A DNA stretch of 58,592 bases, counting the filler, from Sphacelaria rigidula (Eukaryota): NCBI GenBank assembly GCA_964200075.2. It is 8 parts of 8 records of this genome, joined end to end, with 100 filler letters (N's around TTAATTAATTAA, not from the genome) between each part and the next. Parts side by side here need not be neighbours in the genome. Positions count along the whole stretch, not along the records: positions 7,338 to 14,574 come from CAXNAA020015824.1; positions 14,675 to 21,911 come from CAXNAA020015825.1; positions 22,012 to 29,248 come from CAXNAA020015826.1; 5 more parts are not named here. One strand, written 5' to 3'. Position numbers and translations under genes: made by a program. The stretch's first letter is position 1. Every line of letters starts with the position of its first letter. This document shows, one piece after another, positions 11,839 to 24,946 of the stretch. The notes below the pieces were generated by a model. It saw nothing but the letters and a program-made list of their open reading frames with translations, was not told the DNA's origin and made no database searches.

Positions 11839-12559
11839 CTGTCGGGTTTACATATGCAAGTCGGGTTTAGAAAAACTCAGCGTCAGAATACAGCGGTGAA
11901 TGGTCAGCACACTGCTCAAGGCTGACCCAAGCGCTAATCCCGCGCATGATGAGCGACCTCGGACTAAGAAGCGTGCATGCGGTACCCCACGGAAGGTGTT
12001 CGTTGTCGAGCGCTTAGGTCTGTCAGTTCCTCCACGGGGTTCGATTATCAGAGTCTGCACTAGATCGTAGTAGACAAAAGATTGAGCAATTGTGATGCCC
12101 TCGCTCATACTCCCAGGGAGACAGGGAAGACAAACGACAGTGTATTCGTGAGATCAAGAGTAGAGGATACGATTGAGAGTGAAAAGCGGTCAATTAGTGA
12201 ATGAATATTTTCAGTTCCGAAATGCCCGTCCACGCGGCCCAATATGCCTTCTGTAGTAGCGGGCCACTGAGGCCCTTGATATCCCTCAGTAGGATATCGA
12301 TGTGTAGCTGTAAACACACGCATGTAATAGAGACAACGAAAAGCACACACGGGACGAAAAAATGGCTAACTTGAAAGCGAATTATCAAAGCCACTCTGAA
12401 TCAGCGCTGTACTCCCAATCTCACGAAAACGTCGTTGAACGAAGAAATCAGCTAACGGAGAGTACGTGCCCCGCTACACGCCAAGTGCGCCCAAGGTACT
12501 CCACGCGTTGCCTGCACTATTTGCCTCCTATCGTATTTGCCCCCCTATTGTGTTCGCCT

Positions 12560-12770
12560 CCTATCGTCTTCCTACATTCTCTCGTTCTTCGGTTCTATCC
12601 ACAATCTTCATTTCTGTCCTTTCTTCCCCCGCTCTTTTGACTGCCTACGCGCATATTCATCATCAAATGTTTTGCTTTTCTTGAGTACGTCCACCATGCG
12701 ACCACGGCTGGACCCCGGGGGGGTCAGTTAAAGTGCGACAATCAATCATCAATCATTCGATCAATCAAAT
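12560..12770 (+). mobile_element. Probable 3' end of a non-LTR retroelement with (ATCA)n tail
   Basis: ggctggacccc...tcagttaaagtgcgac-aatcaatcatcaatc, homologous to ~8380-8430. Confidence 0.45.
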
Positions 12771-13497
12771 AAAAGGCAGTACACAGACGTCCGCAAGCAG
12801 CGGCACCAAGCAGCGGAAGTGATCTATCGCGCATAGGTAAACGGAGAGGTCAAACGATTTCACCGAAACCCTTCAGTGTGCGGCGTGGTCACCCGGCACC
12901 ACTCCAAAACTCACCCCCTCCCTACTTTTCTACTCACCACATCGGCTCGACATTTCTGACTAGCGCTCAGGCCTTACCCATCACTCAAAAAGCAGGGTAC
13001 ACATTTGCTGCAAGTCCAGCAGCATCATGTCCATACGTGAACTACCTTCAGTATCAGAGGTCTACGCGTGCCTGCCGGCTGAATTGCTCGGATTCAAAGT
13101 ACCCAGACCCCGCCCCCCCTTCATTTGGGCTCAACTGAAAAACTGGGTTTTTGTACAATTTTGCTACTCATGTGCCACCCGTTGGACGCTCTGAAAATCA
13201 CTTGCGCGACTCGAAAAGCGGTATGCTCGGACGGGGGCATGAATGGCCGAAGCATTGTGAATACCACTCCGTCAGTACTCAGAGACGTTCGCGTTATATA
13301 TATATATGTGTGTGTGTCTGTGTTTACTTTTGTGTATCTTCAGTTTTTTGCTGACGCCTGTGTAGAACTCCGCCCTTCGGGCGAGCGATTTTTCCCGCTC
13401 CTGGGCATACTATTTTTTGCTCTTGTGTTCTGTCTTTTTGTGCCACGTCGTAACCACGGACGCTAGATTTCCGGAACAGGGCCAATGTGATAAAGAA

Positions 13498-13516
13498 CGA
13501 CGACGACGACGACAGC

Positions 13517-13568
<52 letters not shown>

Positions 13569-13569
13569 T
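13498..13569 (+). repeat. (CGA)n(CAA)n microsatellite, possibly a retroelement tail
   Basis: Direct read; preceded by ccaatgtgata, similar to the tgaatgtggaga that precedes the (CAA)n tract on the - strand at 30093-30160. Confidence 0.85.
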
Positions 13570-14447
13570 CTATATTGGACAACCACCTCTTTCGGCGTGC
13601 GCGATTAATCGGGCGCGAGGCAAGGATGGACAATGACAACAGCAGTGCCGAATAAACCGTGAAATAGCCGCGCCGGTCCACTGAAATGATGAAATGCCGC
13701 GTGGTGATGGGATGCGAGTGGCTCGAAGGTAAGCGCTCAGGCACCAACGCTTCGTTTTACTCAGGTGGTCAACGTATTACTAGCAAGTAATATTTGTCGA
13801 TATCGCCTTCAGTATTGCGGAATGCTCAACAAACTCGGATGCAAACTGGCCGAGAGTGAAGTCGGTGTTGTCAATCAAGATGAACCCTTAGATTGCGGGG
13901 TAAGTCCATCTGGATCATGCACACTTTCTTCAAGTGAAATCGACGCCAATTCAACAGAAGGCCTACTCTCGCTGTCGTCCAAGGGTTGAAAGAAAAAATG
14001 GGAACACTTTGTTTCCCTGACGGAACACATACTTTGACCATTAGTTGGTGCAAACCAGTGGTATTCTCCACAGCCATGGAGACACACAGAACAACATGCA
14101 GCGGCAAATGAACCACCGGGAAAATATTGTAAAAGTGTTACATACATTTGAAGATTTGGGTGAAAAATGAGTTAGACTCGTCACTGAAAAAAGTAGAGAA
14201 CTCGCCGCTTCCTTGGTCAGCATTGGAAGGCATGCTTGAACGTGGCCACATGGACATCAAGGGCAGGACTCGAAAAAATGAAATTCAAATCCATTTCAAA
14301 ATGTGGAATAATATATACGAAATAAGGAATCAAATTTTCAAAGATTGGTTGGACTCGTGAGTGACCACCATAGCAGGAGGACAGCGAGAGCAGTAGAAAG
14401 ACACAAATAGAAGATTGGTGCCGTGATAGACCCCCCCTTCCCCCCCC

Positions 14448-14574
14448 GGTGAGACACCCGTGAGGCAGTGTATAAGCTGTGGTTGTCTCCGGAGGTGACG
14501 ATACCAGAAAATAAAGCAACTCATTGTAGGTTGTCATCCAAATGCGAGATAATCAGTAGACTTCGGGCCCAACA
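14448..14574 (+). mobile_element. Fragment of the C-run-anchored repeat family (cut by contig end)
   Basis: Starts after cccccccttcccccccc; ggtgagacacccgtgaggcagtg...cttcgggcccaaca matches other copies. Confidence 0.7.
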
Positions 14575-14674
14575 NNNNNNNNNNNNNNNNNNNNNNNNNN
14601 NNNNNNNNNNNNNNNNNNTTAATTAATTAANNNNNNNNNNNNNNNNNNNNNNNNNNNNNNNNNNNNNNNNNNNN
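14575..14674. other. Artificial contig-joining linker
   Basis: N44-TTAATTAATTAA-N44. Confidence 0.97.
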
Positions 14675-14814
14675 GTGCGCCGCCCCAAAAAGGGTGGGGG
14701 GTGCATGGTCCCACCACAAAAGAAAAAAAAAAAAAAAAACCGCCCCCCCCCCCCCCCCCCCACTCCTGTTCCCCGCTCGTTTTTCATTCACTGTTTTTTC
14801 GCATTTTGATGCAG

Positions 14815-17800
14815 GGAACGGTCAAAGCTCGTCTGTTGTCGATGGGCTACTCCACTCCTGAAGAGTTCGCGGCGGATGTGCGTCTCGTGTTCACTAATGC
14901 GATCACATTCAACCCGGAATCGCATTTCGTGCACACCTGGGCTGTTCATCTCCTCAACGAGTTTGACGTAAGTTCTTCACTCGCTTCCCTGTTCATGACC
15001 CTATTTGATCACTGGGACTGCCTGATATTTTAAAGCGTCATGATTTTTTCTGCAACACTATGATGGTTGAGACCCTGATTTCCCGGTCCGGCACTCGTTC
15101 AGTCAGAACACGTTGAAGCGTTCAAGAATCCTTTCCCAGAAGTGGAAGGCTGTATGACGTGTATATGCTCGAATCGATGTATTACTAGTAGCTAAAATTA
15201 TGGCGTGAGAAACGGGAACGCTTAACGCTCAACGTCCGCAGGTTTGCAAGCCACGTTGACGTAGCTTGTGAATATCTTTATCACTGTGTTGTCCTGTTGT
15301 GATATGATTTTTTTAGGAATTCCGTGGTGGACTCACTGTTTGATGAAAACAAGGCAATGGCCTGGTGCTCGAAAGCGTGGCATGAGCACGGGAAAGCATT
15401 TCCTTCTTCCCCTACTCGGAACCTGTTCAAATTGCACGATGTACTTGTTTGATTATCTACTCAGGCTGACCCATCACGTTGTTATGCACACATGCCCGCT
15501 TGTGCACGTTCTTTGTGTATGATGGTTCCCTTTTTGTTCCACTCATGTACCCCGTCGAGCGCAAACCTCAATGACTGCTGTACCCTACACCGTCTCTTGA
15601 TGAGGTATACCTGTTTTTGTGCACAACCCTGTTGCTGCTTCATGTCCATCGCCTATTTGTGTTTGCCATCCACAATTTTTACTCACACATGGTTTCATTT
15701 AGAACAATATCCTCGACTTCCCCCCCCCAAAAAAACAATACACACAAAACAGCAAGAGTTCTCGAAGCAGCTGGGCAAGCTGGACGAAAACTGGGCAAAA
15801 TCGTTGAACCACGCTTGTCAGCTGTGTCAGGGGCAGACCTGTACCTTGTGCGGCGACAAGTGCCTCAAGCTGGAGCCGCCGGTGATCATCTGCCAGCACT
15901 GCAACAAGCGTGTCGTACGAGGAGGTAATGAACGGCCGGAAGAAATGTCCGAACATGAACGTGTTTTTCGGGCGAAAAATAATCCCCCCCCCCCCCCCAA
16001 TCCTCGATTGTCCTCGCGAGTTAGTCGTAGCACAACCGACTCCTCGGCCCGTGCGAAATAAGCTGGAAATAGTGGTTCCGCGTGTGCCCAAGGTGTGGCT
16101 CGAATGATTTCATGACTGCGTGGTTCTACAAAAGTGCGTGCCCAACTCGTGAGCAGAAGCCGCTTGCTAGCATTCTTGACTGAATTTGTCGGGGCTTTCA
16201 AATCTGGGTACTGTACCGCTCTGGGCTTTGAGAAGACTGCAACACCGTTTCGCGGGTTTTCTAAGGTGATGGCCCGTTAGACTGCATTGGGGGATAGTGA
16301 TGTCTGGGAAGAGCTGATGAAGACGATCGTCTCGACAGAGACACCCGTGCCTCCAGGCAGAAAATCGTCCCCGATATTTGTGGAACATGGTTGATGAATG
16401 TGTTCGCCTTCCGTGTTGTGCTGAAATTTGACTGTCGGCATGTTGTATGAAGGTCACGACCACGAGCCGACCATTTGTTGTTTTTGTCGACTTTCCACTG
16501 TACTAAGAATAGTGTCAATGAGTCTCTGCGGTCGTTTAGATCTCTAGATCGATTTGGTAGTGCTGTTGGTGAGGTCCTCCCCGCATTGTATCCCAAAAAT
16601 GAAACACATATTTAAATCAATTTTTCGCCGCGGTATGAAAGTCATGCTGGTGATGCTCATCTTTGTCCACCTCCCCTTGGTTCCTTCACTCCCCCCCCCT
16701 CCCCCTCGTTTATGTCTCTTCTGCATCAACACCAGGCGTTTACCACATCACGCGCGACGGTTGCCGGCTGTGGTGCAGCCGCTGTCACCCAGCCCTGCCT
16801 CCAGAGCTCCCCATCGACGGTGATCCGGAAGCTCTTGTCGGCGGCTCGGAAGGCGGGGACGCAGAGCCGACCATCATCGGCGCTGGCGCCAGCGGTGGAA
16901 CGGAAGCGGGGGGTGAGGGTAGTGGCGGCGGCGATGGTGTTTCTGGCCAAGTGGGAGGCGGTAACGGAGACCAAGCTGCCGACGCGGTTGGTGGTGGTGA
17001 CGGTGGCGCCGGGGAGCAAAATCCAAGTGGATCGGCGGCGGCTGGGTCGAGGGCGGGGACGACGGGAGTGGGCGGCACTGCGAGCGCAACGTTCAATGTT
17101 GGCGCCTGCGCAAGCAAGGCGGCAAGTTCATCTTCGCCGTTGCGGTTGGCGTCTTCGTCCGGCGCTCGAACTTGTGCTGATCCTGCCAGTGCCGCCGGTG
17201 CTGCAAGCGCTGACTCTTCGACGAATAACTCCAGGAATAGTGATGGTGGGAACAGTAGTAGTAATAGTAGCAGTGCCATGGTGGTTGATGATGCCGCGTC
17301 GTCTTCGACAGCCGCTGTTGCCACTGCTGCTGCTGCCGCTCCCGTGGGGACATCTTCGGCTGGAGCAGCGGCGGGAGCGTTAAGCACGGCGGGTGAAACG
17401 CCTGTGACGGGTATGACTTCAGGAAATGGGATTGGTGCGTCGTTGTCAGTTGGAAATGGGATGGGCGGCGAGGGAGGGAGGGGAATAGCCGACGGAGCAC
17501 CGGGTGCCCGGTCGGCGGGGTCGGAGCGGGAGGGAGCGGTGACCGGTCCGCGAGCCGATAGCGTCGACGGGCCTGGGGTGACGGTTAGGGATACACCGGA
17601 GTCGGGAGGTGCGGCGGAGGCGGGGGCAGGGGCGGTCACGGCGGCTGCGCCGAAGCCGGAAGAGGAGCCAGTGGTTGAGTATCCGCCTCTGAGGAAGCGG
17701 GACTTGCTGCGGCGGAAGTTTGACGAGGAGATAAGTGAGCCATGGGTACAGTGTGACCGGTGCAACAGCTGGGTTCACCAAGTCTGCGCACTTTTCAACG

Positions 17801-20198
17801 CTCGGTCGAATGTCGGGGAGTCTACATTCGTGTGTCCACTGTGCCGACTGGGAGATTCGTCGGTCGGGCGGGCGAAACCCCGAGACACAACCCTTACTCC
17901 AACGGAGGTGAGTCGTGCAGGGTCAAGTCATGAGGAAAATTTTAGCGGTTCGCGTATTGTGGTTTGTACATGGATATGTAGATGTGCGCACCATGGCGCA
18001 GCCTGGGCTCCAGGATTCGAATAAGTCAAGCTGCGCTCGGCTTGTGTTTTTTTTTGTATTGCTTTTATACCAAACGAGCTCTCTTTTTTTTTTTCTTGGC
18101 TCGTGATGGTTCACGAATCCAGATGTACCACTGAAGTTGCGCGCTGCTCGATGTTCTTGGTGACTCATGTGACGAGAAATGGTCGTTTTCCTGAGCGAAT
18201 CACAGCACACTTGCCGACTTGTCGTTCGTGATACAAATCCGTGTTGCACGTTCAGTTTTTGCGACAGTACCGTTGTTCACTCTGTAGTGCGTCGTGGCGC
18301 TTGACAGCACGATGTCCCGTCCACCCACCCCGATGAACGGACACTCCCGTCTTCCGCCGTCGACAGAGTCACTACTCTGCACGGAAACGACCGAAACCCG
18401 ATCCGTGCCCAGAAAACGGGCATGCAACGCCACCGCAGGCTTCTGCAACGGCAGAGGACCAGAAGGGTCTCTTGGGCGCGGCGAGGTTGATAGAGGGGGG
18501 TGAGACAAAATCAACAGCGACGAAGCCAGAAGCTATATCTTCGTCGCAGTCGTCTCCAGCTCCCCCTTGCAAGAAATGCTGCTCGTCTGCCCGACTTACG
18601 GCGTCACTGCCATCAGCGATGAGGGTGACACCGAGGGCGGATGCGGCACCGACTGTGGGAGTTTCAGACGCCACACGTTCACTGCCGCTGCAACAACAGC
18701 AGGAGCTTGGCGAAATTTCCGCCGACACTGGTATTGGTTGTGCAGAAGCGGCACCGTCGTCGGGGGTGACGGAGGTGGCAGTAGCGCATAAACACTGCGA
18801 TTCAAGTCCTCCCACATCTGGACCAACGTCAACCCTTTCCCAGTCTACGTCTTCTGTGCCACTTCCAACCACACCGTCCACGTCGAGACCATCGCCAACG
18901 CATGGGTCAAGCGAAGCCGGGAACCCAGGGGGAGCATCAGCCGCGTCGTCAGTGTCCATCGCCTCTGGCAGTGGTGTGGCAGCGATGATGCCGGGGGGAA
19001 ATTCCTTGTCGGCAGCAGCATCAGCATATGCAGCAGCGGAAGACTCGAACGTGAACGCGAAGCAGTTGCCGGATGGTGGGGATACACTCGTTGCGGCTAA
19101 CGGCGACGACAGTGGTGGAGTTTTCATGGATGTTGATGGAGAAGATGGGAAAGCGGGGGTTGCGAAAGAGGGGGATTCGTCCAAGGCGCACGTGAGGGAA
19201 GGAGCGGGGGCCGAGGCTGGGGAAAGTTCGGAGGTTGGGGCGAAGGCAGACAACATTGATGTGAGCAGATTTCGGTTGTGTTGTTTGACATTCTTGTGTT
19301 GTGACCCTGACAAATACCTTTCGTATTTTTTTTCCTTGGTTCAACTGGTCTATGTTGTCTCGCCATGACCTACGTATGTTTGCTGCTGTTGCTTCTGTAC
19401 CATCGGATCGAGACGTGGTAGAAGGCGAATGAAATGTGTGATGGGTTTTGTGCTGCTACCATTCCTCTTTTGTTCGGCACTGATTCCCTGTTACATAATG
19501 GGAAAAGATGAGCTACGACGGTAATTTAAATAAAAGAAATACATTCGGGATTTCTTCGGCTGGACGTGGTATAGCATTGAAAGTTCGAGCATGGCGTTGG
19601 CGTTGTGTTGTGGAACAAACTACAATTGGAACGCGGTCAACGCCGATATACCCCGGACGCTACACAGCTGAGTAGCTCATTTTCTGGTCACGAGCACAAA
19701 AACAGAAACATCTTAATTTGTCCCGTGCCTAGTATCCCTCCATCGTGTAACTTTTAGGAGGTAGAATCTCTACTGTATGAAAACCTTACGCAGGGATTTA
19801 GTAGATATGGGCTCGACAAAATTTCTTCGCGGTCATGAGCTGAAACCGAAACACACCATGGATATACCTCATACATGTACGGTGTACAACGAGATACTAC
19901 AACTCCAAGCACCCTTTTATTCAACGGGCGGAGTATGCACAGCTACGCAACGCGAGTAGTCTGAAACGGGTTTGTAAAATGAGTATTTGTAGAACATTTG
20001 GCAAGGTGCTTTAGTCGACCGCTGTGGCTCGGAAGATTTAGGGGGCGGGTCTGAGTAGGATCGCCATTCGGTAAAATAATCGGAGACGATTTGATGTAAA
20101 TCTGCGAACATCACGACGTTCGCTAGTACCTTGTACACAAACACCTCTTGATCTTGACAACGAGATCACGACAGTCAACAGCAGTTGCTAACTCCGAT

Positions 20199-20239
<41 letters not shown>

Positions 20240-21824
20240 ACCCCCCCCCCGANNNNNNNNCTTACCCAACCACCCCTGATCTTTACAACAAAAAGACCAC
20301 AACACACCCCAAGTCCTAGCTCACGCTTCCCCCCCCCCCCCCCCCCCTCCCCACTCCAACGTATATTATGTTGGGTTGCCATTTGTATACGGGGGTGTCT
20401 TTTGGCTACCGTTGTGTTTTGTACTATTCGCCATGGCAATTTGCAGAGAGTTATTATGGTATTCGCGGCTTTGGTTTGAATTTATCGGTCTGCTTACAGT
20501 CGGTAAGCTCAGCAGAGAGGTGCAGAGAATTTAAAGCTTCAGGTGGCTGGCCGGTCGGCCCTATATCGAGTCTCCTTATGTACAAGTGAATCTTGTATTA
20601 CTATGCTCCCAGAGGAGGCTGCTACTGCGGCCACTCTGTCAGTACTCTACTAAAGTTACAGTCGGAGTTCGTCGAAGTTTTGTGGAGCAAGGTTCATACA
20701 TCTCCGAGGTGGTGAATGTACTCGAACAGACAGCTAGCAAGTACGCTGTGGCGGTTAGGAGTGATCCTCGCACATGTGTTGCGGACCTCAAATGCAGTAC
20801 GGAACTCTAGGAAGGTGAAAAACGTGCTTTCTTTTCATGTCACCCTCTGTGGCCAACGCCGTACCTTTTTATTCCCCTAGATCGTGATGTTAGTCCATGC
20901 AAAGTATACGTATGTCGAAGCATACTGTGTATTTTTTCACGTCGAATTTCGTACGCTAGTAGTGCAGCGATGAAGAGGTTGATTTTGCACGATTGCAGGG
21001 TTGAAAGATACGCTTGTATGGTGGTCTTTCGGAGCACTTTCGACCCATGTTGCGCTGTGGTCAATCCCCACACCAAAATACATTTCACGAAGGCGCAAGT
21101 GGTTGGGCGGGCCTCACAGTAGTGGGGAGGAATGAGACACAGTCGTGCATAGGTGGGGGGGGGAGTACATTTCACCGATAAACCCGTGGCTACCTACTGC
21201 GATATTCTCAGTTTACTCCTTGCACACTCATTGGTTTGTATTATAGTTATTTGAGACTTTGATGCAGGGACGGCATCTGTGAGTGACGTGTGCTGTCCTG
21301 TGCAGACCATGTCTCCGAGACTGGGCACCACCATACTCCATTATCGGTAATCTGTTGTATCCTCTATGTCTGTACCTACACACAACATGAAGAAAAAAAA
21401 CATTGTTCCCAAAAGGCGAAGGAAAATCCTGAAAAGTGAGGAGGGGAGAGTTTGCAACCAAGGACTAAAATATTCAATACTGAAACAAAAATGAACGTAA
21501 TCATATTTGTAATGACAGTAGATGATCGTTGACGGTAATGATCCTGGTAGCGATACTGACCACAGGACTGCATTATTGTTCATAATCACAGGTGTACGCG
21601 GCGTCGTCACTGCCGCACACGCCCCTCAGCCGTTACATCGAGTCCCGGGTCCGGCAGCGCTTGACCAAGCTTGAGAACGAGGGCGTCGCCGACACGATAC
21701 GCATCCGGCTGATTTCCAATGTGGAGGCCACCTGCGAGGTCCATCCGGTGCTGCGAGAAACGTTCTGCTGTAAGGATGGTTTGGGGGTCGGGCCCAACAA
21801 GAACGACGTGCCTGATGTGCTCAA
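14815..21824 (+). CDS. CBP: CBP/p300-family (KAT3) histone acetyltransferase, internal exons: bromodomain end, RING/PHD region, start of HAT domain; partial gene
   Basis: Exons 14815-14967 (GTVKARL...[17 protein letters not shown], bromodomain), 15753-15924 ([21 protein letters not shown]), 16736-17907 (WCSRC...[21 protein letters not shown]...FVCPLC, PHD), 18367-19260, 21592-21824 ([17 protein letters not shown]...IRIRLIS). All phases consistent; domain order is that of p300/CBP. Confidence 0.88.
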
Positions 21825-21911
21825 GTGAGTTCGTGTTCACGCTCTTTCGATCTTTGCCCTGGGACGGTTATTTACTCAAGAATCACGAATGTTTTTTTTT
21901 TTTCTTTTTGA

Positions 21912-22011
21912 NNNNNNNNNNNNNNNNNNNNNNNNNNNNNNNNNNNNNNNNNNNNTTAATTAATTAANNNNNNNNNNNNNNNNNNNNNNNNNNNNNNNNN
22001 NNNNNNNNNNN
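21912..22011. other. Artificial contig-joining linker
   Basis: N44-TTAATTAATTAA-N44. Confidence 0.97.
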
Positions 22012-24946
22012 CCCTCGTGATCTCGTTTTCGAACTCTTGTTTTCGAGAAAACCCCAGATATATCTACATCTCGTTTGGATCTTGGACCATCATATCCCAT
22101 CCGTGCATCAGCCAAATGTAGAAACAATGAATTCCTTGATATTCTTGCAGTCCACCTGAACCAGTTCTTCGAACAAAGGGACGTATCATCCACATGCTCC
22201 TTCTGACATGAACGAAAAAGCAACCACGTGCTCGTTCAAACACGTGACAATCTATACAAAAACGTGCCACGGTCAAAGATCATTGATGCATGAGCGCATA
22301 ATGTCTTCATCTTCAACCACCGGATGCACTCGCGTCATACCTGCTCACATACGACGAGCCTACGCATTTCATACATTTCAGCTCATTTTTACGATAACAG
22401 CAGGTGTCACCGTATCCTGCAGTCAGTACGTGCAAACCGCACAAATATGATTCGACTGTGTTCCTGCGCGAACAAGATTGTACGAGCTTCTCTTCATTTG
22501 GCATACAGCAGTATATTGAAAACTGCCCCATCCTAGGTCGTGACCAGATACCATTCATATCAGTACCGTTCGACCAAAAGTTCGCACATGCCTACCAAAA
22601 TTCTACTCAGCACATCAAAATTCGCACATGCATGCCAATGCTTCACTCAGTGCATGCAATGCCACCTTCCTCGCAGCAAACACCATGCATCGTCCGTGCC
22701 AACCAGATCAGCACAACACACACATGCCAAATATCGACGTGTACGCCAGAGTTTCACCCTACACGCGATACGATCATACTCGCTCAACAACCATGTTTCA
22801 TGCGCAAACATGACCACAAATCACACAATAACAAGCTGCAATCATTCTCGAAACGAGTCGCGAATACCAGTCATAATGTGTGTCCTCATCATTCTCAACA
22901 AGCACTCAATCACCTCAGCACTTGCTCCTCAACATCAGCACCCAACCCGGCGCTCACCACAACAGCAAACCCCTGAGGTAATGCCTTCTTTGTAGTCCTC
23001 CAGCCCGCTCCTGAGAAACAGCAGCACTCGAACCACAACCCCGTACACAGCGTAGAGCAGCGTTCCACTCGAATGCTCGTTCCTCGCGCCATGAGTCCAG
23101 CTACAGCTCGCACCCTCGTGGAGCCGCTCAGCTCGCCAATAAACGGTATATTCGCACCGCCGAACCAATGCGACAAGCCATCTGCCTCCACAGATACTTG
23201 GGCAGTACTGGACACCTGTGCTTCAGTCAGTTTTACAGAGGAAACGATAGGCGAAACGGGGTGGCGCAGATAGATTCACCATGAGCACGGTAAGCCCCAA
23301 GCTCACCCTGCTCGTTCGCAATCCGCGAATAACACCGCTCTGCAGCTTCGAACATGCAAGAAGCATCTCCAGCTACGCGCTGGTCCGGCGGCAACAAGCA
23401 ACTGGGACGTCCGCCCACCAGTACTTGACTTGCTCATTGGCCATTGTAGGCCTCGCCCTCTCAACATCGCCAACAGCAGCAGCAGTATCACCCGTGCTCG
23501 CTACAGCCGCCAACTCCTGCCCGGCTTGCTCCATGACGGCAATAGCGGCAACATCTCTAGCGCTCTCGTGCCTGTCCCCTCGGACTAGCGATGGCTGTGT
23601 GCCTTGTTCGCCTATTCCAACAGCACTGCCAGCGGCTGCTAATTCAGCACCGACTACTGTACTCTCATTGTTGTTGCTGCCCAGTGCGTCTCTTCGGACA
23701 GACACATCCTTCGACACCTTCGCGCCCCTCAACGTGGCACCGCGTTGTTGCTTCAGTCGCGGGCGAGCTGTTTCTACTACTGCACGCTCAGCAGGTGCAC
23801 TATCGTGCCTGTCCCCTCGGGCAGACACATGCTGTGTGACAAGTGCGCGCTTCACAGTGCAATGCACCCCACCGGACGACGCATGCTTGCGCAACGCGGA
23901 AAGCAGCTGCTGGTTCTCAACATCATGAGCATGTTTCAAGAACGTATCACGCATACATTTCGCTATACGTTTCGGCATAAGGACAGAAACTGCTGCCACC
24001 TCAAAGAGATTTGTCCATCGCGCCTTCACCTAATCTACATCTCGCAAATATTGCTCGTATTTGCATTAAAACTCGGCCGATTTCTCGCTCGAAAACTTGC
24101 GGCCGTACTATAGCATCTCCAGCGCCAGTACAGGAACAACACGATCATCGACGATGACATACTCCTGCGCCTCATCATGCTGAGCAGTCGAACAGGCTTT
24201 GCCCCTACCTCCACGCTTCTCATCAAGCGCCGGGCCACCACGACAGTGTACATAGTGGACAACCAGAAGGCACCACCTCAACAGCTCAACAGCACTTCCA
24301 GAAAAAACAGCATTTTTTCTCAATCACAGAAAAAAACAACTTTTCATACACCACGACGCGCTTGGCCACCAAACGACAATGGCCACAGCGCCTGTTCCTC
24401 ACGCAGGTCTCACCACGTGCTTGAACTCCTTAGACTCCTCCTCCTGACCGTACCTGGCCAAGCGTGGAACAAGCAACCCTCGCTGGCTCCACCAGGCAAT
24501 AATTGTGCCGCTTTGTCTGGAACGCTCACGGGTTCGCCAGCTGTCGATCAATCCCCCGCACCTCACGCACGAGTGATACCAGAACCCGCCCTAGCACTGC
24601 CTCAGAACCTCCTCGGTTCTGCTGCTCCAACTCCTCGCGACATTAACACGCCTTGAGCTAGTCTTGTTTGCTGCAAAGTGATCAGGCCTGCAGTCTTCCC
24701 TATCTTGATGTGTCAGTTGCTTTTCAGCGGACCTACCGCCTCAGCGGACTTAATGACCGTTCGTTTTAGACTTCTGTCACTCAAGATCAGGTCGTCATGT
24801 GGACCCCTCCCATCATGGGCACATGGGCTTCAGCAGCTTTATTTATGAATGTATTGAACCTCAGCATATACAGGAGAACAGAACCATAGCCTCCCTCCAC
24901 TAGAGTAGCAAAACCAAGCCTCACGTCATGGAGGTCACCCATCACA
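22012..24946 (-). mobile_element. Highly degenerate LTR retrotransposon, probably Ty1/Copia-like, with candidate 5' LTR
   Basis: Candidate LTR 24798-24946 has TGTG...CACA termini, AATAAA near its 3' end on the - strand and a PBS-like tgacgacctg next to it. Downstream are broken gag-like frames (23373-24262) and a YWWAD segment reminiscent of the Copia protease W-x-x-D-S-G motif. Many stops and frameshifts. Confidence 0.45.

Noticed and set aside
18288-18503. Frameshift in the CBP gene at a G homopolymer
   Set aside because: Using the CAG acceptor at 18364-18366 gives an open, in-phase exon 18367-19260 with no frameshift needed.
16785-19313. Long minus-strand ORFs (16785-17765, 18372-19313) and similar antisense ORFs at 2099-2734 and 52061-52627
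   Set aside because: Antisense shadows of GC-rich low-complexity exons on the plus strand.
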